Assembly: GCA_964462535.1 (NCBI GenBank) | Contig: CAYWXV010000012.1 | Location: 16,601 to 80,600 of the forward strand | Direction of reading: 5' to 3' | Origin: an uncultured Alphaproteobacteria bacterium | Lineage (GTDB): Bacteria > Bacteroidota > Ignavibacteria > OLB7 | DNA length: 64,000 nucleotides | Shown: piece by piece, positions 37,790-47,759 of the stretch | Numbering within the stretch: position 1 is the stretch's first letter | How the letters are laid out: every line of letters begins with the position of its first letter | Notes under the pieces: model-generated | The model's database searches: none | The model's input: only the letters and a program-made list of their open reading frames with translations | Told to the model about the DNA's origin: nothing | Position numbers and translations under genes: made by a program

Positions 37790-40700
37790 CTACCAGACCA
37801 GGCGGAACTGCAGGCGGAGTCGATACGTTTCCTGGTCCTCGCTGGACGTTGACGTTGCACCGGAATTCTGAGACGATTCAGCAGCCCGTTCCAACTGCAC
37901 AACGAATTTCTGGAATACGTCACCATCCAGAAACATGCTGAGTGGAAGGTCGACCGTGACCGTCCCGTCAGCGGCGGGGTTCGAAATGCGACCGCCGGCC
38001 CGCACGACGATCTTGTCGAACTGACTGATGAGATTCACTCGTGCCTGCCCAATGTCCGTCGCACTTCCGCTGATGTCGACGCTCCGAATGAAATCAGTGC
38101 CACCCGCCAGAAGATTGCTCAGCGTGCTGCTCACGATCGACAGACCCGACTCGCCGAACGTTCCAGCGACATTCCCAACCTGCTCGCCAAGGCTTGTGCT
38201 GCCTAGTTGTTCGATCGTTCTGCCGAACAGGAGGAGGGCAAGAGCGTTCCGCTGTTGCGTCTCGCGATCAGTCGGAAGTGCCGTTGATGCCTCTCCGACA
38301 AACTGATAGTGAAGATCGATCTGTGGCTTCGCAACGGTCCCCGTTATCGTGACCGTGACGATGTACTCTTTCGTGAGATCGGTCCCTGCCTGCAGCTGTC
38401 TACCCGTGTATTCCGCGGTGATATTCAGCCGCGGGTTGGATATGGGCCCGTTGAAGTCGAGGTCGTTCCCCGTCACCTCGAATGGTTTGAAGAAGACAAA
38501 TTTCGATCCCTGCGTAACCTCGATTTTCTCGACCGCCTTCAAATCCTCGGAGGGTTTCTTGTTCAGAATCAATCCCTGTTTTTCCGGCGGGGTTTTCAGC
38601 AGCGCGCGGAGCTGCTGGAAGGGGCTGAAATTGATTGTCAGCGAAACGCCTTCGCGAATATTGACGATCAGATTTCGGATTTCAAGACGGTCGTAGAACC
38701 CTTTCTGAACGCCTCGAGGTGTCGAATCCTGGTCGGCGTCATCAGATGATCCATCGCCGCGCCGATTCTGATTGCTATCCGGAATCTGCGGGCCGTAGGT
38801 CCCCGACTCCCGCTGACGCTGCCACTCGGCATAGTCGACGTAATTGATCTCGTTGATTGTCGTCTGCGTGGCAACGGGATCGGCCTTCAGCGCCGCCTCG
38901 GTGACGATGACGGTACCTCCAACTCGTGGTGCCGCGAACGACGTGCCGCTGAACGTGAGGTTGGGAATCGCTACCACCAGGTCACCGTAGATCTGGTTGT
39001 TCACGGCCTGCGTTGCGTCACTCAAGACCAGAAGGCGCCTCGACTCCATGGTGAGCATGAAGTCTTTCGGCGTGAAGGCGACGAGGTTCACGTATCCCGT
39101 AATCGATGCCCGTCCATCGCGGAGGTCGACAGGGAGGTTGCGGACGTCGAGCCGCTTCACCGTCAGACGTCGTTCTGTGAACTCGAGCGCGCCATCGGCC
39201 ATGTACGTGATGTTCGTCGACTCCAGGAGAATGCGACCATTATCGATAACTCCAGCACCACGGTAGGTGATGTCGGGGAGTTCGCCCGAGATCGTGAATC
39301 CGGTCGTCAGCGTACCGGCGGAAACACGTGCACCGCTCAGGAATGGGGAGACGATCGAGAGGGGGAGGCTGTCGGTGCCGGCGACCACGTCGACGGGTCG
39401 ATCGTTCAACAGGCGCTTCGTCCGACGTGCAAGCGCCAGGTCGATCGGGAGGGTTCGCGCCTCGATTTTTGCGGCCACGCGTGGCGCACCATTGACCCAG
39501 TGAAGAATGTCCGTGATTGTCCCAACGCCGGTCAGATTACGATCGGCATAGCTCAAATCAAGAGTAACTCCGACTGGCGGTGTGTGCGCGAACGAGAGGG
39601 AGTCGAGGTCGAGACGCATGTCGATGCGGGGATCCTCCAGATCACCTTCGATATCGATTGCGAGCGTTCTGAATGTTCCCGTCCCCTGCTTCAGCTCGTC
39701 GTAGAACGGAGTCGTCTTCGTGAACTCCGTCAGGCCCGCAATCGTGGCCCCGATCACATCAATATGGACGTCCTGCAGCCTGTCAAACTCAATAAAGCGC
39801 CCGGAGATGGAGACCACCTCCGCCATCTTCCGCCTCAACCGTAGCGTGTCAATCCGAATGTCATGTTCGTTTACCATGCCTCGGATTGTCCCGACGTTCC
39901 TCCAGTTCTGTTCGCTGGAGGTAAAGACGTTGAGATTGTCGATCGCGACCTTGTAGCCGGTCTGGTCCCTTGTGTCCACAACGCCGCTGACCACGGCCAG
40001 CAGCTCTCCCGGCACCCCGCCACTCCCCCTGAATGTGAACACACCTTCCTCGAGCGTTGTCCTGAACGACGGGACGGAGTATGTGGCTCCATTGAACACG
40101 AATGGGGAGTCAATTGCGACCTCGATCTCAATGCCGGTAATGTCGTCGATGTATCCCGGTGCGATGTTTCTCAGCTCGAGAGTCTTCAGTCGTGTCCTTC
40201 CGATGCGGAGGTCAATATCCTGGGTGACAATAGAGATGTGATCGAGGTCGCCGGCGGCATCCAGGCTAAGGAGTCGCGATGTCCCCGATATCGTCCCTTT
40301 GAGGGATCCCGCCGCGTCCATCTTCATGCCCCCGAGAAACGGCTCCAGCGGTCTCAGGTCTCGTATGGTCAGCTCGTAGGTGGCCGCGACGCGTTCGTTG
40401 CTTCCGCCACCGTTCATCCCCAGCCCAATCCCGTCGCCGTCGCGGTAGGAGGCCTTCCGTTGAGCGTAGTTTATCAACCCGTCCATTGCACGAGCGAGAC
40501 TTTGCCCGATCGACGTGAATCGCCACTCACCGCCAATCGAGATATCGACCATCGACGAGCGAAGTGTGAACCGTCGGTCAGTGGTGGGGTCGCCGGCGAG
40601 TTCAGCATCTACCGTGAAGGCCTCCGTTTGGCGTCCGTCGGCCATGAGCGCTTCGGTCACATCGACTTGCGCCACACCCTCGAGCTTGTCAACGTCAAGC

Positions 40701-42490
40701 CCCTTACCCTTGATTGAACCCGAGAACGAGAATCGGTCAGCTGCGCCGTCCGCGATCAGATCGGCCGCCCCGATCCGGTGTCCCCGAACGTTCACGTCAT
40801 ACTCAGGCACCGCCTGGTTTCGGAAGTCGATGCGCCCCCCGAGCGCAACCGAGGCGCCGGAGGCAAACATCACTTCGTCGATTTCGCTCCCGGCACGGCG
40901 CGCGAGCCGCGCAATGGGGTTGCGCTCGATGAACTCGTCGATTGTTGCCGCACTTTCCTCTCCGGACATCGCCCCGCCGGTTCCCAGTACGGCCACCAGT
41001 GTGTCGATCGCCGCAACTCCCCCCTGGCCATACGTTCCCTGAGCCACAAGGCGGCGATAGCTCCTCCCCATGACGGTCGAACCGTTGGAAACAACAAGGA
41101 AGCGAGCGTCGATCGACGCGGGGGATGTTCCGCTCCCCGAAACGATCAGCCGACCATTGAAGTCGGATCGGTAAGATGCATCGTTCATGATCCGGGAGAG
41201 GTCGAAGCTCCCGAGGGTCACGTCGGCCTCGTAACGGAGCTCTGGACCGTCCAGATCGAGAAGTCCAGCTCCCCGCACACTTCCAGCCGCAGTGCGTCCC
41301 TGTACGGCGCCGTGGAATCGCCTGATTCCCCCTCGGTACTCGGCCAGTGGAATGTCCACAAGGCCATACGGTGTCAGGTCCGGGAGGGGAATGCCTGGGA
41401 GGGAGGCGTTGACGTCTGCGGGTGAGATCCGCGAGTCGGTCAATCGCGCGTCAAACTGAAGGTCATCGGGACGTTGGAGGTTGCGCATGCGTCCCGCGAT
41501 GTTTATCGTCGTCTCCCCCGTGAATACGTGCAGGCGGTCGATGACAACATCTCCGTACGTCCCTTTCGCTTCCAGTTCGATTGCTGGAGTACCCCCAAGG
41601 AACGAGAGTGCGGGGAGGAAACTCTGCATCTCCTCCGTGGATACCCGTGGGGCCTTCAATGCCAGCGCAACCGGCGTCGTCTTCCAACGCGATGGATCGG
41701 TATCGCCCCCTGGAATATTGATCGAGTCGATCGTTGCGGTCAAGGAGAGGAGAGTGCGGGTGGTCTCCAACCGGAGGTCGTCAATCGTCGCCCCTGTCGT
41801 ATCAAGGTCGAGCCCGACGGAGAGGTCGATGATGCGGATGTCGTTTCGAGGAAGATCGAACGAGAGATGCTGAACGACGGCTCGTGTGCGGTTCGATTCG
41901 ATTCGAGCAATCGCCGAGAGATTGAAGCGGCGCAGATCGAGATGGGAGTAGTCGACTGATCGGGTCCGCCGGTCGGGCACGGCGTTGTCATCCAGCCGAA
42001 CTGTACCATCACGAATTTCAAGTGCGGTGACGTCGATTGTGTAGGGAAAGGGTGCGCCCCCCGTGTCGACACTGGTCGACGGCTTCGTCAATCTGGCAAA
42101 GTTCCAGGCGCCGTCCCGCGCGTTGCGGACGAGGTGGATTGCGGGATTGATCAGCGTGGCTCTGGCTCCGACGACTTTATCGCGGAAGATGGGGCTCAGC
42201 TGGTATCGAAGTTCGATTCGTGGGGCAGTGAAGAGTGTCGTTCCGTCGGCAGTTACCGTGGCGTCGTCGATCACCAGGCCCGTTAGCATGTTTCCGGTGA
42301 TCGCACCCACGGTCACACGCCCTTGCAGGCTTTCGTTGAGCAGTTCCAGCCCGGTTTCCAGCAGGGCTTTCCTGGTCGGTTGAAACTGCGTTGCCGCCAG
42401 GATCGCAACCACCAGCAAAGCAAGACCGCTCGACAACAGGACGAGCAGTCGAGCGGTAAGGCGGACGATTGCGTTGACTCTGCGAACCAT
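37790..42490 (-). CDS. tamB: Translocation/assembly module TamB family protein
   Basis: ~1570 aa with an N-terminal anchor, AsmA-like beta-taco repeats, and C-terminal FNGPISNPRLNITA...ALALLLFG. Confidence 0.8.
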   Translation of the reverse strand: MVRRVNAIVRLTARLLVLLSSGLALLVVAILAATQFQPTRKALLETGLELLNESLQGRVTVGAITGNMLTGLVIDDATVTADGTTLFTAPRIELRYQLSPIFRDKVVGARATLINPAIHLVRNARDGAWNFARLTKPSTSVDTGGAPFPYTIDVTALEIRDGTVRLDDNAVPDRRTRSVDYSHLDLRRFNLSAIARIESNRTRAVVQHLSFDLPRNDIRIIDLSVGLDLDTTGATIDDLRLETTRTLLSLTATIDSINIPGGDTDPSRWKTTPVALALKAPRVSTEEMQSFLPALSFLGGTPAIELEAKGTYGDVVIDRLHVFTGETTINIAGRMRNLQRPDDLQFDARLTDSRISPADVNASLPGIPLPDLTPYGLVDIPLAEYRGGIRRFHGAVQGRTAAGSVRGAGLLDLDGPELRYEADVTLGSFDLSRIMNDASYRSDFNGRLIVSGSGTSPASIDARFLVVSNGSTVMGRSYRRLVAQGTYGQGGVAAIDTLVAVLGTGGAMSGEESAATIDEFIERNPIARLARRAGSEIDEVMFASGASVALGGRIDFRNQAVPEYDVNVRGHRIGAADLIADGAADRFSFSGSIKGKGLDVDKLEGVAQVDVTEALMADGRQTEAFTVDAELAGDPTTDRRFTLRSSMVDISIGGEWRFTSIGQSLARAMDGLINYAQRKASYRDGDGIGLGMNGGGSNERVAATYELTIRDLRPLEPFLGGMKMDAAGSLKGTISGTSRLLSLDAAGDLDHISIVTQDIDLRIGRTRLKTLELRNIAPGYIDDITGIEIEVAIDSPFVFNGATYSVPSFRTTLEEGVFTFRGSGGVPGELLAVVSGVVDTRDQTGYKVAIDNLNVFTSSEQNWRNVGTIRGMVNEHDIRIDTLRLRRKMAEVVSISGRFIEFDRLQDVHIDVIGATIAGLTEFTKTTPFYDELKQGTGTFRTLAIDIEGDLEDPRIDMRLDLDSLSFAHTPPVGVTLDLSYADRNLTGVGTITDILHWVNGAPRVAAKIEARTLPIDLALARRTKRLLNDRPVDVVAGTDSLPLSIVSPFLSGARVSAGTLTTGFTISGELPDITYRGAGVIDNGRILLESTNITYMADGALEFTERRLTVKRLDVRNLPVDLRDGRASITGYVNLVAFTPKDFMLTMESRRLLVLSDATQAVNNQIYGDLVVAIPNLTFSGTSFAAPRVGGTVIVTEAALKADPVATQTTINEINYVDYAEWQRQRESGTYGPQIPDSNQNRRGDGSSDDADQDSTPRGVQKGFYDRLEIRNLIVNIREGVSLTINFSPFQQLRALLKTPPEKQGLILNKKPSEDLKAVEKIEVTQGSKFVFFKPFEVTGNDLDFNGPISNPRLNITAEYTGRQLQAGTDLTKEYIVTVTITGTVAKPQIDLHYQFVGEASTALPTDRETQQRNALALLLFGRTIEQLGSTSLGEQVGNVAGTFGESGLSIVSSTLSNLLAGGTDFIRSVDISGSATDIGQARVNLISQFDKIVVRAGGRISNPAADGTVTVDLPLSMFLDGDVFQKFVVQLERAAESSQNSGATSTSSEDQETYRLRLQFRLVW

Positions 42491-42521
42491 ACCCCCGGGG
42501 AACCTGTGAGGAGTGCGGGGT

Positions 42522-43043
42522 TTAATCGTGGCCGGGAGAGGAGTCACCAGCTGCGGCGCGCGACGGATCCATCCGCTCCACGATGTCGGTCGTCGACCGC
42601 CCCGGCGTCAGCGGTATGACCACAACCTCTCCGCCGGCTGCCCGGACCGCGCGCGAACCTACAATGTAGGCGCTCCCACCGTCAGCGTCCGGGTCGTAGT
42701 CCCCCCCCTTGACCAGGACATCAGGGACGATCGCCTCTATCAGGTCGATCGGTGTCTCCTCGTCGAAGATGGTCACCAGATCGACTCCCCGCAACGACGA
42801 GACCAGGTAAGCGCGATCGTCCTGGGAGATAACCGGTCTGGATGGTCCTTTCAGTTCTTTGACCGAGCGATCGCTGTTGACCGCCACAATGAGAACGTCA
42901 CCCAGACTCCGGGCCGCGACAAGATAATCGACGTGACCGCGATGGAGGATGTCGAAACAACCGTTCGTGAAGACGAGCTTCTTTCCCTCGCTGCGAAGCT
43001 CGCGACATCTCGCCAGAAGCGATTCGCGGTCAAGAACGCTCAT
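42522..43043 (-). CDS. rfaE2: D-glycero-beta-D-manno-heptose 1-phosphate adenylyltransferase
   Basis: VFTNGCFDILHRGHVDYL, VNSDRSV..LKGPSRP, PDVLVKGGDY and GRSTT; ATG 43043 overlaps the upstream stop. Confidence 0.95.
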   Translation of the reverse strand: MSVLDRESLLARCRELRSEGKKLVFTNGCFDILHRGHVDYLVAARSLGDVLIVAVNSDRSVKELKGPSRPVISQDDRAYLVSSLRGVDLVTIFDEETPIDLIEAIVPDVLVKGGDYDPDADGGSAYIVGSRAVRAAGGEVVVIPLTPGRSTTDIVERMDPSRAAAGDSSPGHD

Positions 43044-44059
43044 CCGGAGACCTCGGATCCAAGAGTGCGACGTGCGTCGTCGACAAGGGCAGTGATTAAC
43101 TCTTCCCGTCGAACGGGGACGGTCCCGACTTGCTCGCAGACAATGCCGGCGGCGTGGTTGGCGACGATCACCCCTTCCTCCATGGTGCTTCCGGCGGCCC
43201 CGGCAACCGCCAGCGTGGCAATGACGGTGTCTCCCGCGCCTGAAACGTCTGCCACCTGGATCGCCTTCGTCCCGATTGGCACTGGCTCTGAATCCCGGTT
43301 CGCCAGAAGCATCCCCTCGGAGCCGAGCGTCAGCACCACGTGTTCGCAATCGAGCCGCGAGATGAGCTCACGAATTCCATCGCGAAGGTCCGATTGACTG
43401 CGAAGCTCCCTTTTCAGGGCGTCCTCAGCTTCCTTCCTGTTCGGCTTGAAGAGCGTTACTCCGCGGTACTCGAAGAAGTTGTTTGACTTCGGATCGACGT
43501 AGACCGGTACGCCCCGGCTTCGCGCCAGCGCGACGGCATCATGGATTAGCTGCCCGGCGACCACGCCCTTGTTGTAATCCTGGATGATCAACGCCTCGAT
43601 GTCATCGATACTCTCTTTCAGACGCGAAAGCACCCGCTCGAGTACCAGCGGATTGATCATCCGGTTCGTCTCCCAGTCGACACGGACAATGTGTTGACTG
43701 GCTGCGATTACGCGGGTCTTCAGCGTTGTTGGGCGATCGGGATCGACCTGCAGGCCGTCGTCGCCAATACCCAGGCCGATCAGGAGTGATCGGAGCGCGT
43801 TCCCGGCCTGGTCTGCTCCGATAACTCCAAGGAGGAGGGGGGCCGCGCCAAGGGTCATCAGATTGAAGGCAACGTTTGCCGCGCCCCCAGGGTACTCGGA
43901 TTCCTCCTTGATATCTACAACGGGAACCGGGGCCTCCGGGGAAATCCTGCTGACGGCCCCCCGATAGTACCGATCGAGCATCACGTCGCCAACGACAGCG
44001 ATCCGTCGTCCGCGGAATTGCTCGATGAGTTGCGTGGCCCGAGATTCGGAGAGAGTCAT
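43040..44059 (-). CDS. rfaE1: D-glycero-beta-D-manno-heptose-7-phosphate kinase
   Basis: VVGDVMLDRY..G.V.RISPEAPVPV, GGAANVA, DYNKG and DVSGAGDTV. Confidence 0.95.
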   Translation of the reverse strand: MTLSESRATQLIEQFRGRRIAVVGDVMLDRYYRGAVSRISPEAPVPVVDIKEESEYPGGAANVAFNLMTLGAAPLLLGVIGADQAGNALRSLLIGLGIGDDGLQVDPDRPTTLKTRVIAASQHIVRVDWETNRMINPLVLERVLSRLKESIDDIEALIIQDYNKGVVAGQLIHDAVALARSRGVPVYVDPKSNNFFEYRGVTLFKPNRKEAEDALKRELRSQSDLRDGIRELISRLDCEHVVLTLGSEGMLLANRDSEPVPIGTKAIQVADVSGAGDTVIATLAVAGAAGSTMEEGVIVANHAAGIVCEQVGTVPVRREELITALVDDARRTLGSEVSG

Positions 44060-44094
44060 CGACGTCTGGGATGGGATGGAGGGACTAACAGCAA

Positions 44095-44120
44095 GCCCCG
44101 ATGAGGTTGCTCATCGGGGC
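44095..44120 (-). terminator. Hairpin terminator downstream of the primary sigma factor gene
   Basis: GCCCCGATGAG-4nt-CTCATCGGGGC (11-bp perfect stem); weak U-tail. Confidence 0.6.
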
Positions 44121-44155
44121 CGCGCAGTCTACGATTCTTCTGACCCACGCGGTCT

Positions 44156-45019
44156 CTACCCAAGGTAGGCTCGCAGAGCCTTCGAGCGAGATGTGTGGCG
44201 GAGGCGGCGAATAGCCTTCTCCTTGATCTGACGCACGCGCTCGCGCGTCAACTGGAAGCGCTCGCCGATCTCCTCGAGTGTCAGCGAATGCTCACGATCG
44301 AGGCCGAAGTAGAGGCGGATCACCTCTGCCTCTCGCTCGCTCAACGTTGAGAGCGCCCGACGCACCTCGATCTTGAGCGACTCCGACATAAGCCCCTGAT
44401 CCGGGGCCGGCTGCGTTTCGTTCTGCAGAACGTCCAGTAGCCTGTTGTCTTCGCCCTGCGCAAAGGGGGCATCGACGGAGAGATGCCGACCCGAGATCTT
44501 TATGGTATCGGCGACTTCCGACAGCGTCATATCCAGCTCCTCGGCGAGCTCCGCTGCCGTCGGTTCGCGCTCGTATTGCTGCTCGAGCTCGGAGAACTTC
44601 TTGCCGATCTTGTTCAGCGCACCAACCCTGTTGAGCGGGAGGCGAACAATCCGCGATTGCTCTGCAAGAGCCTGGAGGATTGACTGACGGATCCACCAGA
44701 CTGCGTAGGAGATGAACTTGAATCCGCGTGTCTCATCGAAGCGTTTGGCGGCTTTGATCAGACCCAGGTTCCCTTCGTTGATAAGGTCACCCAGGGAGAG
44801 GCCCTGATTCTGGTACTGCTTGGCCACCGAAACCACGAACCGCAGATTCGCCTTCGTCAGCTGTTCCAACGCGCGATCGCCATCAAATCCCCCCTTCTTG
44901 ATCCGCTTCGCCAGATCGATTTCCTGATCGGGCGTGAGCAGCTCGACCTTCCCGATTTCCTGGAGGTACCGGTCCAGCGACTGACTCTCGCGGTTCGTGT
45001 ATTGCTTGGTTATGCGCAC
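44156..45019 (-). CDS. rpoD: Primary sigma-70 factor, Bacteroidota short type (no region 1.1)
   Basis: [57 protein letters not shown] and [17 protein letters not shown]. Confidence 0.93.
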   Translation of the reverse strand: MRITKQYTNRESQSLDRYLQEIGKVELLTPDQEIDLAKRIKKGGFDGDRALEQLTKANLRFVVSVAKQYQNQGLSLGDLINEGNLGLIKAAKRFDETRGFKFISYAVWWIRQSILQALAEQSRIVRLPLNRVGALNKIGKKFSELEQQYEREPTAAELAEELDMTLSEVADTIKISGRHLSVDAPFAQGEDNRLLDVLQNETQPAPDQGLMSESLKIEVRRALSTLSEREAEVIRLYFGLDREHSLTLEEIGERFQLTRERVRQIKEKAIRRLRHTSRSKALRAYLG

Positions 45020-45097
45020 TGGTAATGCCTTGAATTGTGAATCTGGTCCTGATCGCAGTCGGAAAAGGGGGGCTTACACCTGTCGGCCCCCCACGCG

Positions 45098-45541
45098 TTA
45101 CGATGTCGTTGTAAGCCGATCCAGAAGCAGGTCGTCGGACCGCGTCTCCCGCAACCCACCCGCCTCAATAATGTGTACTCCCGTAATGCCGTTGTAGGTC
45201 TGGGCGAACGTCTCGGTAACAATCGGAAGATTGGACTCGATGGCCATCGCCGCCACGATCGCCGTTCGGTGGACGATCGAGCCATTCGCAGACGAAAGGA
45301 GCCGGCCGATTGTTGTAGCGTACCGGCTGCTGGCTCCCAGAATCTTCAGCCCAAACAAGGGGCGCTCCACTATTCTGCGCTCGTCGTCGGACACGGCGGT
45401 TCCGTAAATCTCCGACGCCTGGATGAACGTGCTGAAACAGACCGTTGTCTGCAGAAGACGCCGGAGCAACGGTGTGGAGCCGGACGGGGCCAGAAGGAAC
45501 TCGACCAGAAGATCGGTCTCCACCAGGATTCCTTTGCTCAT
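45098..45541 (-). CDS. Degenerate PIN-domain (VapC-like) protein
   Basis: ILVETDLLVEFL, SEIY and AIVAAMAIESNLPIVT fit the PIN pattern, with several acidic catalytic residues substituted. Confidence 0.55.
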   Translation of the reverse strand: MSKGILVETDLLVEFLLAPSGSTPLLRRLLQTTVCFSTFIQASEIYGTAVSDDERRIVERPLFGLKILGASSRYATTIGRLLSSANGSIVHRTAIVAAMAIESNLPIVTETFAQTYNGITGVHIIEAGGLRETRSDDLLLDRLTTTS

Positions 45542-45837
45542 CGAGCGCTCGTCAAAAGCGATCGAAGTCGTGCCTCGCAAGCGCTTCCGAGGGCTACCCC
45601 CTCGCTTGACAGCGTCGTCAACGCGACATCCTGCTCGTAACCCTGCACGCGGGAGACACGCGCAATTGCCTCAAGATCGATGCCCCGCCCACGCAGCGCC
45701 TCAGTCTCCTCAACCTCCAAGGTGATGACGACTCGTACACGACCGACCCCGCGCGCCCGAAGCCTCGATACGATCTCTGCGGGGAGAATGACTTCCCCGT
45801 CGCGCACATCCGCGAGACATTCAAGGCGAGAGGGCAT
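45538..45837 (-). CDS. Small hypothetical protein, antitoxin-like (AbrB/DUF104-like N-terminus)
   Basis: 99 aa; V.DGEVILP....RVRVVI; ATGA-coupled to the PIN gene. Confidence 0.45.
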   Translation of the reverse strand: MPSRLECLADVRDGEVILPAEIVSRLRARGVGRVRVVITLEVEETEALRGRGIDLEAIARVSRVQGYEQDVALTTLSSEGVALGSACEARLRSLLTSAR

Positions 45838-45893
45838 ACGGGACAAAGAATTTGGCGAAAATAGGCCGCGGGCGGGGTTCTCACAACTTTCGG

Positions 45894-46718
45894 TCAGCGC
45901 TGCTTCTCGATGGGTGCAAGCAGACCTCTGACACGAGAGGCGTTCTGGTCTAGTGGGTGCCCCCTGACCAGGACAATCCGGTCTGCTTCCAAAAGGGCCC
46001 TGCGCGCACCGGGGAGGTCCCCCCCACGCTGAAGGATCACACTGCGGTAGACTTCCGCTTCGGCGCCCCGCGGTGTACCCGGTGCGAACATCGCCGCCAG
46101 CGTTTCCGGATCGGCAAGGAGAGGGCTGTTGCGGAGAATCTGTTCGAGGAGGAATCTGGTGAAGGATGTTGTATCAGCGCCGCCTGGCGATCTCACGGCC
46201 CGGACGACGAGTGTGTCCGAGTAGATGGAACGCTTCTCATCAATGAAAATCAGGGTTTTGAGAGTGTACACACCTTCGGGCAGACGGTTGGAGTACTCCG
46301 ATGTAAGGAGAAGAAAACGGTCGCACGTGCCGTCGCCTCTGGGGAGGACGAGGCTGTCGGCTACCTCCAGCAGTCCCCAGCCGATCTGCGCGCCGGCACC
46401 ATCAAAGAAGAATGGGCGGCCGTCGAAGGGGCCACACCCAATTTCCCGATCCCCGGACAGTCTGAGGAAGAGGGGTGCTCCAATGTGAAACGTGACGGTA
46501 TCGGAGGTGACGTCGAGTCCTCTCAACTGCATTGTCGGTTCGCCCCAGGGGGCCGGTGGTCGGTACCGTCCCTCTTCCTCCTCGCCCTCTTCTTCCTCCC
46601 GGTCGTATTCCCGTTCCATTCGGCGCGTCTCAGGACGCTCAGTCTTCTGCGACGACGAGCAAGCAGGGAAGGAGGCAATGACTGCGACCAGAAAGGGGAG
46701 GAGGAAACGGAGTGTCAT
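45894..46718 (-). CDS. Hypothetical lipoprotein
   Basis: Lipobox FPAC, Glu-rich N-terminal stretch, TPR-like C-terminal helices. Confidence 0.6.
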   Translation of the reverse strand: MTLRFLLPFLVAVIASFPACSSSQKTERPETRRMEREYDREEEEGEEEEGRYRPPAPWGEPTMQLRGLDVTSDTVTFHIGAPLFLRLSGDREIGCGPFDGRPFFFDGAGAQIGWGLLEVADSLVLPRGDGTCDRFLLLTSEYSNRLPEGVYTLKTLIFIDEKRSIYSDTLVVRAVRSPGGADTTSFTRFLLEQILRNSPLLADPETLAAMFAPGTPRGAEAEVYRSVILQRGGDLPGARRALLEADRIVLVRGHPLDQNASRVRGLLAPIEKQR

Positions 46719-46938
46719 GAGAGGGAAGATAGTACAACGTTGAGCTATTGCAGGGGGCTATTTGGCATTCAGCGGCGGCGCATCTATCTTCACCGCCTGA
46801 GGAGACTTTTGCCGGGTGGCGCCGTCGATTGAGCGGCGAATTCCTTTCCCTCCGGGCAGCGTCATCTGCCATTCCTACCGGGCCACACGCCCGCCACGTT
46901 CACAACTGACTTAACACCATACCACCGGGACATAGCCC

Positions 46939-47577
46939 ATGTTCATAACGTTCGAGGGTATCGACTGCTGCGGCAAGTCAACGCAGGCACATCTGCTGGC
47001 CGAGGCACTCCGTCAGACCGGGCGAGAAGTCATTCTGCTCCGCGAGCCCGGAGACACTCGTTTGTCCGAGCACATCAGAGACATCGTGCTGAACAAGGAG
47101 TACTCCGAGATGAACGAGCGGACGGAACTCCTTCTTTTCGCCGCAAGCCGGGCTCAGTTGGTCGGTGAGGTGATACTACCCGCTTTGGAGGCGGACAAGG
47201 TTGTCATTTGCGATCGCTTCCACGATTCCACGGTTGCCTATCAGGGGTATGGCCGCGGACTCCCGTTGGAAGACATCGACCACATCAACCGGATTGCGAC
47301 ACAGGACGTGATTCCCGACATGACGTTCTTCATCGACATCTCCCCAGAGATCGCATTTGAGCGCTGCCAGGAACGGGTTGCACAGATTCGCGACCGAATG
47401 GAAGAGAGTGGAGTCCGCTTCTACGAGCGCGTCATCAACGGCTACATGACAATCGCCCACCAGGACTCTGGACGCTTCTACGTGGTCAACGGAAGCAACG
47501 GCATTGACGATGTGCAGCACACGATCTGGCGTCTTGTGTTGGAGCGCCTTGCCGAGCCGGCCCAGGTCAACGGTTAG
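46939..47577 (+). CDS. tmk: Thymidylate kinase
   Basis: FITFEGIDCCGKSTQ, REPG, LLFAASRAQ, DRF.DST.AYQGYGRG and DRME. Confidence 0.96.
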   Translation: MFITFEGIDCCGKSTQAHLLAEALRQTGREVILLREPGDTRLSEHIRDIVLNKEYSEMNERTELLLFAASRAQLVGEVILPALEADKVVICDRFHDSTVAYQGYGRGLPLEDIDHINRIATQDVIPDMTFFIDISPEIAFERCQERVAQIRDRMEESGVRFYERVINGYMTIAHQDSGRFYVVNGSNGIDDVQHTIWRLVLERLAEPAQVNG

Positions 47578-47759
47578 TTGGACGTAAGACGCGTGAAGGG
47601 ACTCGCTGGGGAATGGCGGTGTTCATTTCCCTGCCGAGTCCCACTCCCACGACCTCCGTCACTCAGGTCGTCGACGGTTTCCGGCTCTGACCATGCTCAA
47701 TCCAGCACCAGATTTCGCCCCGACCACGTTGAGCGCCACCAACTAATCCGAAGCAGGTT

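Noticed and set aside
46770-46938. ~150-nt GC-rich leader before tmk as a riboswitch
   Set aside because: Only short generic hairpins were seen, with no recognisable aptamer motif or expression platform.
47597-47640. Long hairpin after tmk (GGACTCG...CGAGTCC)
   Set aside because: It is probably a terminator or stability hairpin. It is a single copy with no U-tract, so it is not called as a REP or ncRNA.
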